The notes: generated by a model from the letters alone, not told the origin. DNA of 64,000 nt from Burkholderiales bacterium (GCA_028868895.1 JAGWTP010000003.1:7392-71391); one strand, 5' to 3'; positions 14,110 to 24,696 are shown, counted from the stretch's first letter. Numbers and translations are program-made.

Positions 14110-15546
14110 ATGTATTCCGACGTCAAGCTCTACATCAACGGCGAATGGTGCGACGGCTCGGCCGGCAAGAGCGAGCCGATCGTCAACCCGGCCACCGGCC
14201 AGGTGCTCGCCCGGCTCGCGCATGCCGCCCCGGCCGACCTGGAGCAGGCGGTGCACGCCGCCGACAAGGGCTTCAGGGCCTGGCGCAAGGTGTCGGCGTT
14301 CGAGCGCTCCAAATTGCTGCGCAAGGCCGGCGAGATCATCCGCGGCCGCGCCGACGAGATCGGCCGGCTGATGACGCTGGAGCAGGGCAAGCCGCTGGCC
14401 GAGGCGAAGATGGAAACCCTGCTGGCTGGCGACCTGATGGACTGGTTCGCCGAGGAGGCGCGGCGCACCTACGGCCGCATCGTGCCGGCGCGCGCCGACG
14501 GCGTGATGCAGCTCGTCGTCAAGGAGCCGGTCGGTCCGGTGGCGGCGTTCACCCCCTGGAACTTCCCGATCAACCAGGCGGTGCGCAAGGTCTCGGCCGC
14601 ACTCGCCGCCGGCTGCTCGGTGATCCTGAAGGGGCCGGAAGAAACCCCGGCGAGTTGCGCCGCGCTGGTGCAGGCCTATGTGGACGCCGGGCTGCCCGCG
14701 GGCGTGCTGAACCTGGTGTACGGCGTGCCCGCGGAAGTCTCCGAATTCCTGATCCCGCACCCGCTGATCCGCAAGATCACGTTCACCGGCTCGACACCGG
14801 TGGGCAAGAAGCTCGCTGCGCTCGCCGGCCAGCACATGAAGCGCATCACGATGGAGCTCGGCGGCCACGCGCCGGCGGTCGTGTTCGCCGACGCCGATGT
14901 CGACGCCGCGATCAAGCAGCTCGCCGCGGCCAAGTTCCGCAATGCCGGCCAGGTGTGCGTGGCGCCGACGCGCTTTCTGGTGCACGAGTCGGTGCTGCAA
15001 CGCTTCACCGAGGGCTTCGTGAAGGCGGCCGCGGCGCTCAAGGTCGGCGACGGACTCGACCCGGCCACGCGCATGGGCCCGCTGGCCAACAGCCGGCGCA
15101 TCGAGGCGATGCAGATGTTCGTCGACGACGCGGTGTCGAAGGGCGCCAAGGTCCTGACCGGCGGCAAGCGCATCGGCACGGCCGGCTGCTTCTTCGAGCC
15201 GACCGTGCTCGGCGACGTGCCGCGCACGGCGCGCATCATGAACGAGGAGCCCTTCGGTCCGGTCGCGCCGATCGTGCCGTTCGCCAGTTTCGACGAGGTC
15301 GTCGCCGAAGCCAACCGCCTGCCGTTCGGCCTGGCCGCGTACGCGTACACGCGCTCGCTGAAGACCGCGCAGGCGATCGGCAGCGCGTTCGAGAGCGGCA
15401 TGGTCACGATCAACCACCTTGGCCTGGCGCTGCCCGAAGTGCCGTTCGGCGGCGTCAAGGATTCGGGCTACGGCTCCGAAGGCGGCAGCGAGGCGATCGA
15501 GGCCTACCTGAACACCAAGTTCATCAGCCAGTTCAGCGCCGAGTAG
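14110..15546 (+). CDS. NAD-dependent aldehyde dehydrogenase (SSADH/alpha-ketoglutaric semialdehyde dehydrogenase-like)
   Basis: [38 protein letters not shown]. Confidence 0.9.
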   Translation: MYSDVKLYINGEWCDGSAGKSEPIVNPATGQVLARLAHAAPADLEQAVHAADKGFRAWRKVSAFERSKLLRKAGEIIRGRADEIGRLMTLEQGKPLAEAKMETLLAGDLMDWFAEEARRTYGRIVPARADGVMQLVVKEPVGPVAAFTPWNFPINQAVRKVSAALAAGCSVILKGPEETPASCAALVQAYVDAGLPAGVLNLVYGVPAEVSEFLIPHPLIRKITFTGSTPVGKKLAALAGQHMKRITMELGGHAPAVVFADADVDAAIKQLAAAKFRNAGQVCVAPTRFLVHESVLQRFTEGFVKAAAALKVGDGLDPATRMGPLANSRRIEAMQMFVDDAVSKGAKVLTGGKRIGTAGCFFEPTVLGDVPRTARIMNEEPFGPVAPIVPFASFDEVVAEANRLPFGLAAYAYTRSLKTAQAIGSAFESGMVTINHLGLALPEVPFGGVKDSGYGSEGGSEAIEAYLNTKFISQFSAE

Positions 15547-15626
15547 TGGCGGTCGGGGCCGGCGCGCGGCGCGCGCGCCTCCGTAGAATCGCGCCCCCGC
15601 CCCACCGCCGTCGCCGGCCCCCGCCC

Positions 15627-17051
15627 ATGTTCTGCGCCATCGACTTCGGCACCTCCAATTCGGCCATCGCCATTTGCGACCCGGGCATCGACCCGAGCGC
15701 CGACCCGAGCCACGGCATGCGCCTGGTCGAGCTCGAGCCCGGCCACGCGACGATGCCCACCGCGGTCTTCTACTTCGTCGACGACCCCCGCACCGGCGCG
15801 GCGCGCGACGGCCCGCCGCGCGCCTTCGGCCGCGCCGCCATCGCGGCCTACGTCGACGGTCTGGACGGGCGCCTGATGCGCTCGATGAAGAGCATCCTGG
15901 GCAGCCCGCTGATCGACCAGACCACCGACGTCGGCGGTGGCCGCGGGGCGAAGTACCTCGACATCGTCGCCGGCTACCTCAAGCACCTGAAGGCGTGCGC
16001 CGAAGCGCGCTCCGGTGCGCCGATCCGCCGCGCGGTGATCGGCCGGCCGGTGTACTTCGTCGACGACGATCCGGCGCGCGACGCGCAGGCACAGGCCGCG
16101 CTCGAGGCCGCCGCGCGGCAGGTCGGCTTCGACGAGGTGCAGTTCCAGTACGAGCCGATCGCCGCCGCGTTCGACCACGAACGCCACGTCAGCCGCGAGC
16201 AGGTGGTGCTGGTGGCCGACATCGGCGGGGGCACCTCCGACTTCTCGGTCGTGCGCGTCGGCCCGCAGCACCGGCACAAGCTCGATCGCAAGGACGACAT
16301 CCTGGCCAGCCACGGCGTGCATGTCGCCGGCACCGACTTCGACCGGCGCATCGAGCTCGCCGCGATCCTGCCGGCCTACGGCTACGGCGCCAACGGGCCG
16401 AGCGTGGCCGGTGCGCCGGCGCGCGAGGTGCCCAGCGGTGTGTACTTCGACCTCGCGACCTGGCACCTGATCAACACCGTCTACAGCCCCGGGCGGGTCG
16501 CCGAACTGCGCGGCATGCGCGGCTACTACGGCAACCCGGTGCACCACGAGCGGCTGATGGTGGTGGTCGGCGAGCGGCTCGGCCACGAGCTCGCGGCTCG
16601 CGCCGAGGCCGCCAAGATCGACGTCGCCGAGGGCGGAGCGACGAGCATCGACCTCGGCCACACCGAGCGCCACCTCGCCGCCACGCTGAGCGAAGACGAG
16701 GCGGTGCAGGCGATCGAGGCCGACATCGAACGCATCGTCGCGGCGGCGCGCGTCACCGTCGCGCAGGCCGGCCTGGCGCCGGCGCAGATCGACGCGCTCT
16801 ACTTCACCGGCGGCTCGACCGGGCTGCGGCTGCTGGCGACCCGCATCGCGGCCGCGTTCCCGGCGGCGCAAATCGCGCGCGGCGACCGCTTCGCCAGCGT
16901 CGCCACCGGCCTCGCGCTGGACGCGCGGCGCCGCTTCGGCGCGCGTCAGGCGGTGGCGGCGCCGAGCACCGCGGCCATCGCCACGGCGGTGGCCTCGACG
17001 TTGGCGGTGTTCAACCCGGCCACGCAGATGCGCCCCGAGCGCAGCACGTAG
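15627..17051 (+). CDS. yegD: Hsp70-family protein YegD-like
   Basis: MFCAIDFGTSNS, EPIAAA, DIGGGTSDFS, GTDFD, TGGS; the natural end ALDARRRFG is read through into tyrB. Confidence 0.8.
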   Translation: MFCAIDFGTSNSAIAICDPGIDPSADPSHGMRLVELEPGHATMPTAVFYFVDDPRTGAARDGPPRAFGRAAIAAYVDGLDGRLMRSMKSILGSPLIDQTTDVGGGRGAKYLDIVAGYLKHLKACAEARSGAPIRRAVIGRPVYFVDDDPARDAQAQAALEAAARQVGFDEVQFQYEPIAAAFDHERHVSREQVVLVADIGGGTSDFSVVRVGPQHRHKLDRKDDILASHGVHVAGTDFDRRIELAAILPAYGYGANGPSVAGAPAREVPSGVYFDLATWHLINTVYSPGRVAELRGMRGYYGNPVHHERLMVVVGERLGHELAARAEAAKIDVAEGGATSIDLGHTERHLAATLSEDEAVQAIEADIERIVAAARVTVAQAGLAPAQIDALYFTGGSTGLRLLATRIAAAFPAAQIARGDRFASVATGLALDARRRFGARQAVAAPSTAAIATAVASTLAVFNPATQMRPERST

Positions 17052-18151
17052 ACGGCGTGCTGTTCGCGCAGCCGGTCGGCCTGCGCGGCGGAGAGGCCGG
17101 TGTAGCTGAACATGCCGCGCTGGGTCAGGAAGTAGCCGAAGTCGCGGCCCGGCAGCTTGGCGCTGAGCACGCCGTGCAGCGTTCGGCGCATCGTCAGGAT
17201 GCGCTCGCGCATCGCGCCGAGTTCGGCCTCCCAGCTGCGGCGCAGCTCGGGGTCGGTGAGCACGGTGGCGACGATCTGGCCGCCGTGGATCGGCGGGCTC
17301 GAGTAGTTGCGGCGCACCGTGAACTTGAGCTGGCCGAGCACCAGCGCGGCCTGCGCGGCGTCGGGGCAGACCACGCTCAACGCGCCGCAGCGCTCGCCGT
17401 ACAGGCTCATGCTCTTCGAGAACGAGTTGGCGATGAAGAAGCTGAGCCCGGCGCTGGCCAGCGTGCGCACCGCGCCGGCGTCGGCCTCGATGCCGTCGCC
17501 GAAGCCCTGGTAGGCCAGGTCGAGGTAGGGGATCAGCTCGCGCTCGCGCAGCAGCGGGATCAGCGCGTCCCACTGCGCCGCGCTCAGGTCGACGCCGGTC
17601 GGGTTGTGGCAGCAGGCGTGCAGCAGCACGATGCTCTTGGGCGGCAGGCGGCGCAGCGTGGCGAGCATCTCGTCGAACTTCAGGCCGCCGGTGCGCTCGT
17701 CGTAGTACGGGTAGGTGTGCACCGCCAGGCCCGCGCCTTCGAACATGGAGCGGTGGTTGTCCCAGGTCGGGTCGCTGACCCAGACCTGGCTGCCCGCGAA
17801 GTGGCGTGCGATGAAGTCCGCGCCGACCTTCAGGCCGCCGCTGGAGCCCACCGACTGGATCGTCGCGACGCGACCCGACGTGACCGCCTCGTGCGCGGCA
17901 CCGAACAGCAACGCCTGCACCGCAGCGCGGAAGTTGGCGGCGCCCTCGATCGGCAGGTAGGGCTTGGGCCCGCCCTTGGCGACGACGAGGGCCTCGGCGC
18001 GGCGCACCGAATCGAGCACCGGGATGCGCCCGGCGTCGTCGAAGTAGATGCCGATGCTCAGGTTGATCTTGTGCGGCCGCGGGTCGCGCTGATAGTCGTC
18101 GTTGAGGCTCAGGATCGGGTCGCCGGCGAACGGGGGGATGTGCTTGAACAT
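16946..18151 (-). CDS. tyrB: Aromatic amino acid/aspartate aminotransferase
   Basis: GDPILSL, KINLSIGIY, HACCHNPTG, DLAYQGFG, PLP lysine SFSKSMSLYGER, SGRICVAGLN. Confidence 0.9.
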   Translation of the reverse strand: MFKHIPPFAGDPILSLNDDYQRDPRPHKINLSIGIYFDDAGRIPVLDSVRRAEALVVAKGGPKPYLPIEGAANFRAAVQALLFGAAHEAVTSGRVATIQSVGSSGGLKVGADFIARHFAGSQVWVSDPTWDNHRSMFEGAGLAVHTYPYYDERTGGLKFDEMLATLRRLPPKSIVLLHACCHNPTGVDLSAAQWDALIPLLRERELIPYLDLAYQGFGDGIEADAGAVRTLASAGLSFFIANSFSKSMSLYGERCGALSVVCPDAAQAALVLGQLKFTVRRNYSSPPIHGGQIVATVLTDPELRRSWEAELGAMRERILTMRRTLHGVLSAKLPGRDFGYFLTQRGMFSYTGLSAAQADRLREQHAVYVLRSGRICVAGLNTANVEATAVAMAAVLGAATA

Positions 18152-18220
18152 GGGGCGGTGGTGCGGGTGCGGAGGCGGTGGCGGTGGCCGGAGGGCGGCG
18201 GACGGGGGACGGGGATGCGG

Positions 18221-18718
18221 TCAGGCGGCGAGCGCCGCCTCGATGTCGCGCGCGAGCGATTCGGGCTTGTCGGTCGGTGCATAGCGCTTGAGCACGGTGC
18301 CGTCGCGGCCAACGAGGAACTTGGTGAAGTTCCACTTCACGGCCTTGCTGCCCAGGATGCCCGGCGCTTGCCGGGTGAGCCACCGCCACAGCGGGTGGGC
18401 GTGGGGGCCGTTGACCTGCACCTTGCTCATCATCGGGAAGTTCACGCCGTAGTTGAGTTGGCAGAACGAGGCGATCTCGCCGTCGCTGCCCGGGTCCTGG
18501 TGGCCGAACTCGTTGCTCGGAAAGCCCAGCACCACCAGGCCGCGGTCGCGGTAGGTCTCCCACAACGTCTGCAGCCCGGCGAACTGCGGCGTGAAGCCGC
18601 AGGCGCTGGCGGTGTTGACGATCAGCAGCACCTTGCCGCGCTGCGTGGACAGGTGCGCGGGCTTCCCGTCGATCGACAGCGCCTCGAAGTCGTACAGGCT
18701 GGCGGGGGTGTCATTCAT
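18221..18718 (-). CDS. Glutathione peroxidase (Cys type)
   Basis: VNTASACGFTPQ, LGFPSNEFGHQDPG, KWNFTKFL. Confidence 0.92.
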   Translation of the reverse strand: MNDTPASLYDFEALSIDGKPAHLSTQRGKVLLIVNTASACGFTPQFAGLQTLWETYRDRGLVVLGFPSNEFGHQDPGSDGEIASFCQLNYGVNFPMMSKVQVNGPHAHPLWRWLTRQAPGILGSKAVKWNFTKFLVGRDGTVLKRYAPTDKPESLARDIEAALAA

Positions 18719-18857
18719 GGGGTGTCTTGCAGGCGTCACGTGGTGTGCAATCGTACCGCCGTACCGGCGCGCGACCTTGACCGCACCGGCCCCCGGCCGC
18801 GACGATGGCCGCGTGCTCGCGCCCGGCACGCCCGCGACCCCGAACCCGGAACCGAAC

Positions 18858-19289
18858 ATGCCCATGCCCTTCGAAACATCCCGGCCCCGCGGTGGCGCAG
18901 GGCGCTCGGTGCTGGTCGTCGACCCGACGCCGATCGCGCGCAAGTTCCTGACGCTGCGGCTGCAGGCGCTGGGCTACCACGTGCAAGCCGCCGAAGACGG
19001 CGAGGAGGCGCTGGCGCGCGTCGAGCAGTGGGCCTACGCGATCGTCTTCCTCGAGGCCGTGCTCGGCTCGGCCGCTGGCCTGGACGGTTTTCGGGTCTGC
19101 CAGGCGATCAAGCAAAAGCCCGATCACCCGCGCGGCATCGCCCCCGCGGTGGTGATGGTCACCGGGCTGGCCGGTTCGTCCGACCGCGTGCGCGGCTCGC
19201 TCGCCGGCTGCGACGCCTACCTGACCAAGCCCCTGGTCGAGGCGGAGCTCGTCGCCGCGCTGCGCGAGGTCGACCCGCTGTTCGGCTGA
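18858..19289 (+). CDS. Single-domain response regulator receiver, atypical (Asp-less)
   Basis: VLVVD, DGFRVC, VMVTG, GCDAYLTKP receiver pattern; the phosphoacceptor position is E. Confidence 0.8.
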   Translation: MPMPFETSRPRGGAGRSVLVVDPTPIARKFLTLRLQALGYHVQAAEDGEEALARVEQWAYAIVFLEAVLGSAAGLDGFRVCQAIKQKPDHPRGIAPAVVMVTGLAGSSDRVRGSLAGCDAYLTKPLVEAELVAALREVDPLFG

Positions 19290-19491
19290 ACGCGGCACGC
19301 CCTGGCGTGCGCCCGAGACCAGGGTAGCGGCGCGATGTGACACGCCCGGGTCAGCGGCGTGACGTGGCGCCGATGACGCGCGGCGCGCAACGTTGCCCGG
19401 CTTGTCGTTGTGTTGTCGTACGGTTTTGTGACAGTGCGTACGCGGTGCCAACCCGGGCCCGTGTACCACTCCACCGTCGAAAACCAACACC

Positions 19492-21732
19492 ATGCCTCTC
19501 ACCTTTCGCACCACCGCGCTGTGCTCGGCCATCGCGCTGGCGTTCGCCGCCGCCGCGCCGGCCCAGGCCCAGTCTTCCACATCGAACGAGCTCGAGCGCG
19601 TCACGATTTCGCTCGGGCGCGGCCAGTTGCGCTCGGTTCAGAGCGTGACCCAGGCGGACTTCGAGAATGCGATCGCCGGCACCAGCCCGCTGGCCACGGT
19701 ATCGCGCCTGCCGGGCGTGAACTTCCAGTCGGCCGATCCGCTGGGCAACTACGAATGGTCGACGCGCTTCACGGTGCGCTCGTTCTCGCAGAACCAGCTC
19801 GGCTTCACGCTCGACGACGTGCCGCTGGGCGACATGTCGTACGGCAACTTCAACGGCCTGCACATCAGCCGCGCGATCTCGAGCGAGAACGTCGCGCGCG
19901 CGGTGCTGTCGCAGGGCACCGGTTCGCTCGACACCGCGTCGTCGAGCAACCTGGGCGGCACGCTGCAGTTCTATTCGAGCGACCCGCTCGAAAAGTTCGG
20001 CCTGCAGGCGGCGCAGACCTTCGGCAGCAACGCCGACCGCCGCACCTTCTTGCGCGTGGACAGCGGCACCACGGCCCTGGGCCGGTTCTACCTCAGCTAC
20101 ACGAACCAGAACGCCGACAAGTGGAAGGGCGTCGGCCAGCAGCGCCAGAACCAGTGGAACTTCAAGGTCGTGAAGGACTTCGGCGACAACCGCTTCTCGG
20201 CCTTCGTGAACACCTCGGAACGCAAGGAGATGGACTACCAGGACCTGTCGCTGGAAATGATCCAGCGCCTGGGTTACGGCGCCGACAACTTCTACCCCGA
20301 CTTCAATGCCGCGGTGCAGGCCTCCAACGCCTATTGCGGCAACGTGGCCGGCAACCCCTATGTGGCGAAGTGCGACGACGCCTACTACGCGGCCTCGGGC
20401 CTGCGCAACGACCAGCTCGCCGGTGCCACGCTCGACGCCAAGCTCGCCGACAAGCTCAACCTGAAGACCACCGTCTACTACCACCACAACAAGGGCGCGG
20501 GCCTGTGGTACACGCCGTACGTGAAGTCGCCCGACGGCACGCCGGTATCGTTGCGCACGACCGAATACGGCATCAAGCGCAGCGGCGTGATCGCCGGCCT
20601 CGACTACGAGCTGGCACAGCACCGGATCAAGATCGGCCTCTGGCACGAGAACAACGACTTCGACCAGGCGCGCCGCTTCTACGCCACGCCGCCGTCGGCC
20701 GTGCCCTCGCCCTACGACTTCCCGAGCAATCCGTTCGCCACGCAGTGGCAGTACAGGTTCAACACCAAGACCGACCAGTTCTCGGTGGCCGACAACGTGA
20801 GCCTGTCGAAGGACCTGACGCTGGGCTTCGGCTTCAAGTCGCTGCGCGTCAAGATCGACGGCACCGCGGTGGTCGGCGCCAACAACCCGTCGGGCAGCAT
20901 CACGGCGAGCAACGGCTTCCTGCCGCAGGTGGGCCTGAACTACCAGCTCTCCGACACCGATGAGGTGTTCGCTTCGGCGGCGCGCAACATGCGTGCGTTC
21001 CAGGGTTCGGCCGTCGGCACCACGCCGTTCGCGACCACCGCCAGCGGCTTTGCCGCGATCCAGGGCAGCCTCAAGCCCGAGACCTCCGACACCGTGGAGA
21101 CCGGCTGGCGCACCCAGGGCAGCGGCTACCAGGGCTCGTTGACCGCCTACATCGTGAGCTTCCACGACCGCCTGCTCGGCGTGCAGCAGGGCGCGGGCAT
21201 CGTCGGCAACCCGACGGTGCTGTCCAACGTGGGCGGGGTGCGCACGCTGGGCCTGGAGGCGGCGCTGTCGGTGCGCCTGGCGCCGGGCCTGAGCTGGTAC
21301 AACAGCCTGAGCCAGGGCCGCTCGACCTACCGCAACGACGTGGTCAGCAACGGCGTGACCTACGCCACCGCGGGCAAGCGCGTGACCGACGCGCCCGACT
21401 CGATGGTCAAGTCGATCCTGGGCTACGACAACGGCCGCCTGTTCGGCAACGTCGGCCTGGACTACATGTCCAAGCGCTACTACACCTACCTCAACGACGG
21501 GTCGGTGCCGTCGCGCACGCTGTTCAACCTGAGCGGCGGCTACCGCACCAGGTCGCTCGGCTTCGTGTCGGAGGCGACGCTGCAGGTGGGCGTGAGCAAC
21601 CTGACCGACCGCAAGTACGTGTCGACCATCGGCAGCAACGGCTTTAGCAACAGCGATCCGACCGGCACCGGCCAGACGCTGCTGGCGGGCGCGCCGCGCC
21701 AGGTCTTCGTGACGCTGTCGGCCAAGCTCTGA
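19492..21732 (+). CDS. TonB-dependent outer membrane receptor
   Basis: Signal peptide, TonB-box-like ERVTI, plug LPGVNFQ...GFTLDDVPL, C-terminal GAPRQVFVTLSAKL. Confidence 0.9.
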   Translation: MPLTFRTTALCSAIALAFAAAAPAQAQSSTSNELERVTISLGRGQLRSVQSVTQADFENAIAGTSPLATVSRLPGVNFQSADPLGNYEWSTRFTVRSFSQNQLGFTLDDVPLGDMSYGNFNGLHISRAISSENVARAVLSQGTGSLDTASSSNLGGTLQFYSSDPLEKFGLQAAQTFGSNADRRTFLRVDSGTTALGRFYLSYTNQNADKWKGVGQQRQNQWNFKVVKDFGDNRFSAFVNTSERKEMDYQDLSLEMIQRLGYGADNFYPDFNAAVQASNAYCGNVAGNPYVAKCDDAYYAASGLRNDQLAGATLDAKLADKLNLKTTVYYHHNKGAGLWYTPYVKSPDGTPVSLRTTEYGIKRSGVIAGLDYELAQHRIKIGLWHENNDFDQARRFYATPPSAVPSPYDFPSNPFATQWQYRFNTKTDQFSVADNVSLSKDLTLGFGFKSLRVKIDGTAVVGANNPSGSITASNGFLPQVGLNYQLSDTDEVFASAARNMRAFQGSAVGTTPFATTASGFAAIQGSLKPETSDTVETGWRTQGSGYQGSLTAYIVSFHDRLLGVQQGAGIVGNPTVLSNVGGVRTLGLEAALSVRLAPGLSWYNSLSQGRSTYRNDVVSNGVTYATAGKRVTDAPDSMVKSILGYDNGRLFGNVGLDYMSKRYYTYLNDGSVPSRTLFNLSGGYRTRSLGFVSEATLQVGVSNLTDRKYVSTIGSNGFSNSDPTGTGQTLLAGAPRQVFVTLSAKL

Positions 21733-21916
21733 TCGGCCCCGGACGCGGCGGGGCCGGCTGCGGCCCCATCGCCCGGCACCGGGATTCGGCCCGCCGGCAT
21801 CGACCGGCGGGTCGGCACGCCGCCGTCGGGCTCAGAATCCGCGACGTGCGACGCCCGAGCGGTTGCACGCACCCGCCGCGCCCGAATCCATCCACATCCC
21901 ATTTCAAGGACACACG

Positions 21917-22984
21917 ATGCAACGACGCCATTTCTCTGCTCTCCTCCCGCTCGCGCTGGGCGCGAGCCTGCGCCCGGCCTGGGCGCAGACGTCGACCCCC
22001 GCACTGGCCGAGCTGGAGCGCGCCGCGCGCACCGAGGCCAAGCTCGCCAGCGTGGGCATGCCCGACGACTGGGCCAACTGGCGCGCCACCTGGGCCGACC
22101 TGAAGCGGCTCTACGGCATCGAGCATGTCGACACCGACATGAGCAGCGCCGAGGAGATCGCCAAGATCGAGGCCGAGCGCGGCAACGCCAGCGTCGACAT
22201 CGGCGACGTCGGCTTCGAGTTCGGCGCCATCGCCAAGGCGCGCGGCGTCACCCGCGCCTACAAGCCCAGCACCTGGAGCCAGGTGCCCGACTGGGCCAAG
22301 GACGCCGACGGCCACTGGATGCTGGCCTACACCGGCACGGTGGCGTTCGCCGTCAACACCAGGCGCGTCGCCAACGTGCCGCGCAGCTGGAAGGCCTTGT
22401 TCGAGGGCAACCACCGGGTGCTGATCGGCGAGGTCGGGCGCGCGGCGCAGTCCAACGCCGGCATTCTGGCGGCCGCGGTCGCGCTCGGCGGCGACGAGAC
22501 CCGGCTGCAGCCGGCGCTGGCGCAGTTCGGCAAGATCGCCAAGCAGCATCGGCTGATCACCACCAACCCGTCGCCGGCGCTGATGGAGCGCGCCGAGGCC
22601 GACGTGTTCGTGATGTGGGACTTCAACGCGCTGTCGTACCGCGACAAGATTCCGAACGCGGCCGACTACGAGGTATTGATTCCGTCCGACGGCTCGATCA
22701 CCAGCGGCTACTCGACCATCCTGAACAAGAACGCGCCGCACCCGAACGCCGCGATGCTGGCGCGCGAATACATCTTCAGCGACGCCGGGCAGCTCAACCT
22801 GGCGCACGGCAACGCGCGCCCGATCCGCGTCGACCACTTGAAGCTGCCGCCCGACCTGCAGAAGAAGCTGGTCGACAGCGCGCAGTACAAGAACGCCCGC
22901 GCGGTGCGCCCGGCGATCTGGACCGAAGAGGTCAAGAAGCTGCCGCGCGCCTGGCAGAAGGACGTGATGGAAGGCGCTCAGTGA
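21917..22984 (+). CDS. ABC transporter substrate-binding protein (PotD/AfuA-like fold)
   Basis: MQRRHF signal, GMPDDWANW, DMSSAEEIAK, DADGHWMLAYTGT, NAPHPNAA. Confidence 0.85.
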   Translation: MQRRHFSALLPLALGASLRPAWAQTSTPALAELERAARTEAKLASVGMPDDWANWRATWADLKRLYGIEHVDTDMSSAEEIAKIEAERGNASVDIGDVGFEFGAIAKARGVTRAYKPSTWSQVPDWAKDADGHWMLAYTGTVAFAVNTRRVANVPRSWKALFEGNHRVLIGEVGRAAQSNAGILAAAVALGGDETRLQPALAQFGKIAKQHRLITTNPSPALMERAEADVFVMWDFNALSYRDKIPNAADYEVLIPSDGSITSGYSTILNKNAPHPNAAMLAREYIFSDAGQLNLAHGNARPIRVDHLKLPPDLQKKLVDSAQYKNARAVRPAIWTEEVKKLPRAWQKDVMEGAQ

Positions 22985-23787
22985 GCCCGGCGCCAGCGCA
23001 CGCTCGCAAGCTGGTGCTGGTGCTCGCCGACGGCCTGCGCGCCGACACCGCGCGCGACTACATGGGCTACCTGCAGGCCCTGCACGAGGCCGGTCGCGCA
23101 AGCTGGTCGCAGCTGCGCTGCGAGCTGCCGAGCCTGTCGCGGCCGCTCTACGCCACGCTGATCAGCGGCCGGCGGCCGGTGGACCACGGCATCGTCGCCA
23201 ACGGCCAGAGCGGCCAGCGCTGCGGCGAGACCCTGTTCGACGCGCTGGCCGCCCACGGCCTGCGCTCGGCGGTGGCCGCGTACCACTGGTTCTACGAGCT
23301 GCTTGCCGGCGAGGTCTTCGACCCGCTGCGGCATCGCCACGCCGCGTTGCCGCAGCAGGGCGTGGTCGGCGCGAGCTGGTACTTCGAAGACGAATACCCC
23401 GACTCGCACCTGCTCGCCGACGCCGAGCACCTGCGCGCGCTGCATGCGCCGGAGCTGCTGTTCGTGCACCCGATGGGCCCGGACCACGCCGGCCACCAGC
23501 ACGGCGGCGAGTCGGCCGCCTACGCCTTGCGCGCGCGCCGGCTCGACATGCAGCTCGCTCACGCGCTGCCGCACTGGCACGCGCAAGGCTACGACGTGCT
23601 GTTCACGAGCGACCACGGCATGCACGCCGACCGCATGCACGGCGGCGCGCTGAGCGTCGAGCGCGACGTGCCGATCGTCTGGCTGCCGTGCGATGGCGGC
23701 GAGCGGGCCGACCGCGTCGCGCTGCCCGACAGCCAGTTGGGCGTGCGCGCGTTCGTGCTCGAGCGCTTGACCGGCCAGCGCGGATGA
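22981..23787 (+). CDS. Alkaline phosphatase superfamily (phosphodiesterase/nucleotide pyrophosphatase-like) protein, cytoplasmic
   Basis: GTG start overlapping the upstream stop; LVLADG, ELPSLSRP, GPDHAGH and TSDHG metal-site motifs; no signal peptide. Confidence 0.82.
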   Translation: MSPAPAHARKLVLVLADGLRADTARDYMGYLQALHEAGRASWSQLRCELPSLSRPLYATLISGRRPVDHGIVANGQSGQRCGETLFDALAAHGLRSAVAAYHWFYELLAGEVFDPLRHRHAALPQQGVVGASWYFEDEYPDSHLLADAEHLRALHAPELLFVHPMGPDHAGHQHGGESAAYALRARRLDMQLAHALPHWHAQGYDVLFTSDHGMHADRMHGGALSVERDVPIVWLPCDGGERADRVALPDSQLGVRAFVLERLTGQRG

Positions 23788-24614
23788 CCCTGACGCCACG
23801 CACCGCGTTGCTCGCGGCCGCCCCGTTGCTGCTGCTGGTGGCGCTGGGCGTGCTGCTGCCGTTCGGCTGGCGCAGTGCCGACCTGCTGTGGAACTGCGTG
23901 CAGGGCAGCAGCTGTGCGGTGCACGACCTGTTCGCCGACAACTACTACCTGCAGGCACTGTGGAACACGGTCTGGATCTCGGCGCTGTCGACCGTGCTGG
24001 CGCTGGCGATCGGCCTGGGCGCGGCGATCGCGCTGGCGCAGATGCCGCGCTGGCGTGGGCCGGTGTCGGTGCTGGCGAGCCTGGGCGCCAACTTCGCCGG
24101 CGTGCCGCTGGCGGTGGCGATGACGCTGCTGTTCGGCGCGCAGGGTGTCGTCAGCAGCTCGCTCGGGCTGGCCGGCCTGAGCCTGCCGTTCGACCTGTAC
24201 CGCAACTCGGGGCTGCTGGTGGCCTACGTGTGCTTCCAGGTGCCGCTGGCGTGCCTGCTGCTGATCGCGCCGGCGCAGATGGTCGAGGGCGGCCTGATGG
24301 ACGCCGCCGCCACGCTCGGCGCCGGGCCGTGGCTGTTCTGGCGCCGGGTCGGCCTGCCGTTGCTGCTGCCCAGCCTGGTCGAGGTCGGCAGCCTGCTGTT
24401 CGCGAATGCCGCGGCCGCCTACGCGACGCCGTTCGCGCTGTCGGGCACGGCGGCCAATGTGCTGGCGGTGCGCATCGCCGCGCTCGTCAGCGGCGACATC
24501 TTCGCGCAGCCCGAACTGTCGTCGCTGCTCGCGGTGGTGATGTTCGCGATGCTGGTGCTGGTGATCGCCGGCGGCCGCTGGCTGGCCGCGCGGCTGCGGT
24601 GGGCCGGCGCATGA
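23784..24614 (+). CDS. ABC transporter permease 1
   Basis: Six TMs, EAA-like DAAATLGAG; ATGA-coupled to the upstream gene. Confidence 0.85.
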   Translation: MTLTPRTALLAAAPLLLLVALGVLLPFGWRSADLLWNCVQGSSCAVHDLFADNYYLQALWNTVWISALSTVLALAIGLGAAIALAQMPRWRGPVSVLASLGANFAGVPLAVAMTLLFGAQGVVSSSLGLAGLSLPFDLYRNSGLLVAYVCFQVPLACLLLIAPAQMVEGGLMDAAATLGAGPWLFWRRVGLPLLLPSLVEVGSLLFANAAAAYATPFALSGTAANVLAVRIAALVSGDIFAQPELSSLLAVVMFAMLVLVIAGGRWLAARLRWAGA

Positions 24615-24696
24615 GGGCGCCGGGCCGTCAGGGGTCACGCAGGGACCCGCCGGGTCCCTGGGCGAATGCCGCAGTGCGCGGCACGAAGGTGCTCCC

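Noticed and set aside
15504-19327. Very long ORFs (1019 aa minus, 1217 aa plus) and many similar Arg/Ala/Gly/Pro-rich ORFs across the window
   Set aside because: Shadow frames of real genes in ~70% GC DNA; no recognisable motifs, and they overlap well-supported CDSs.
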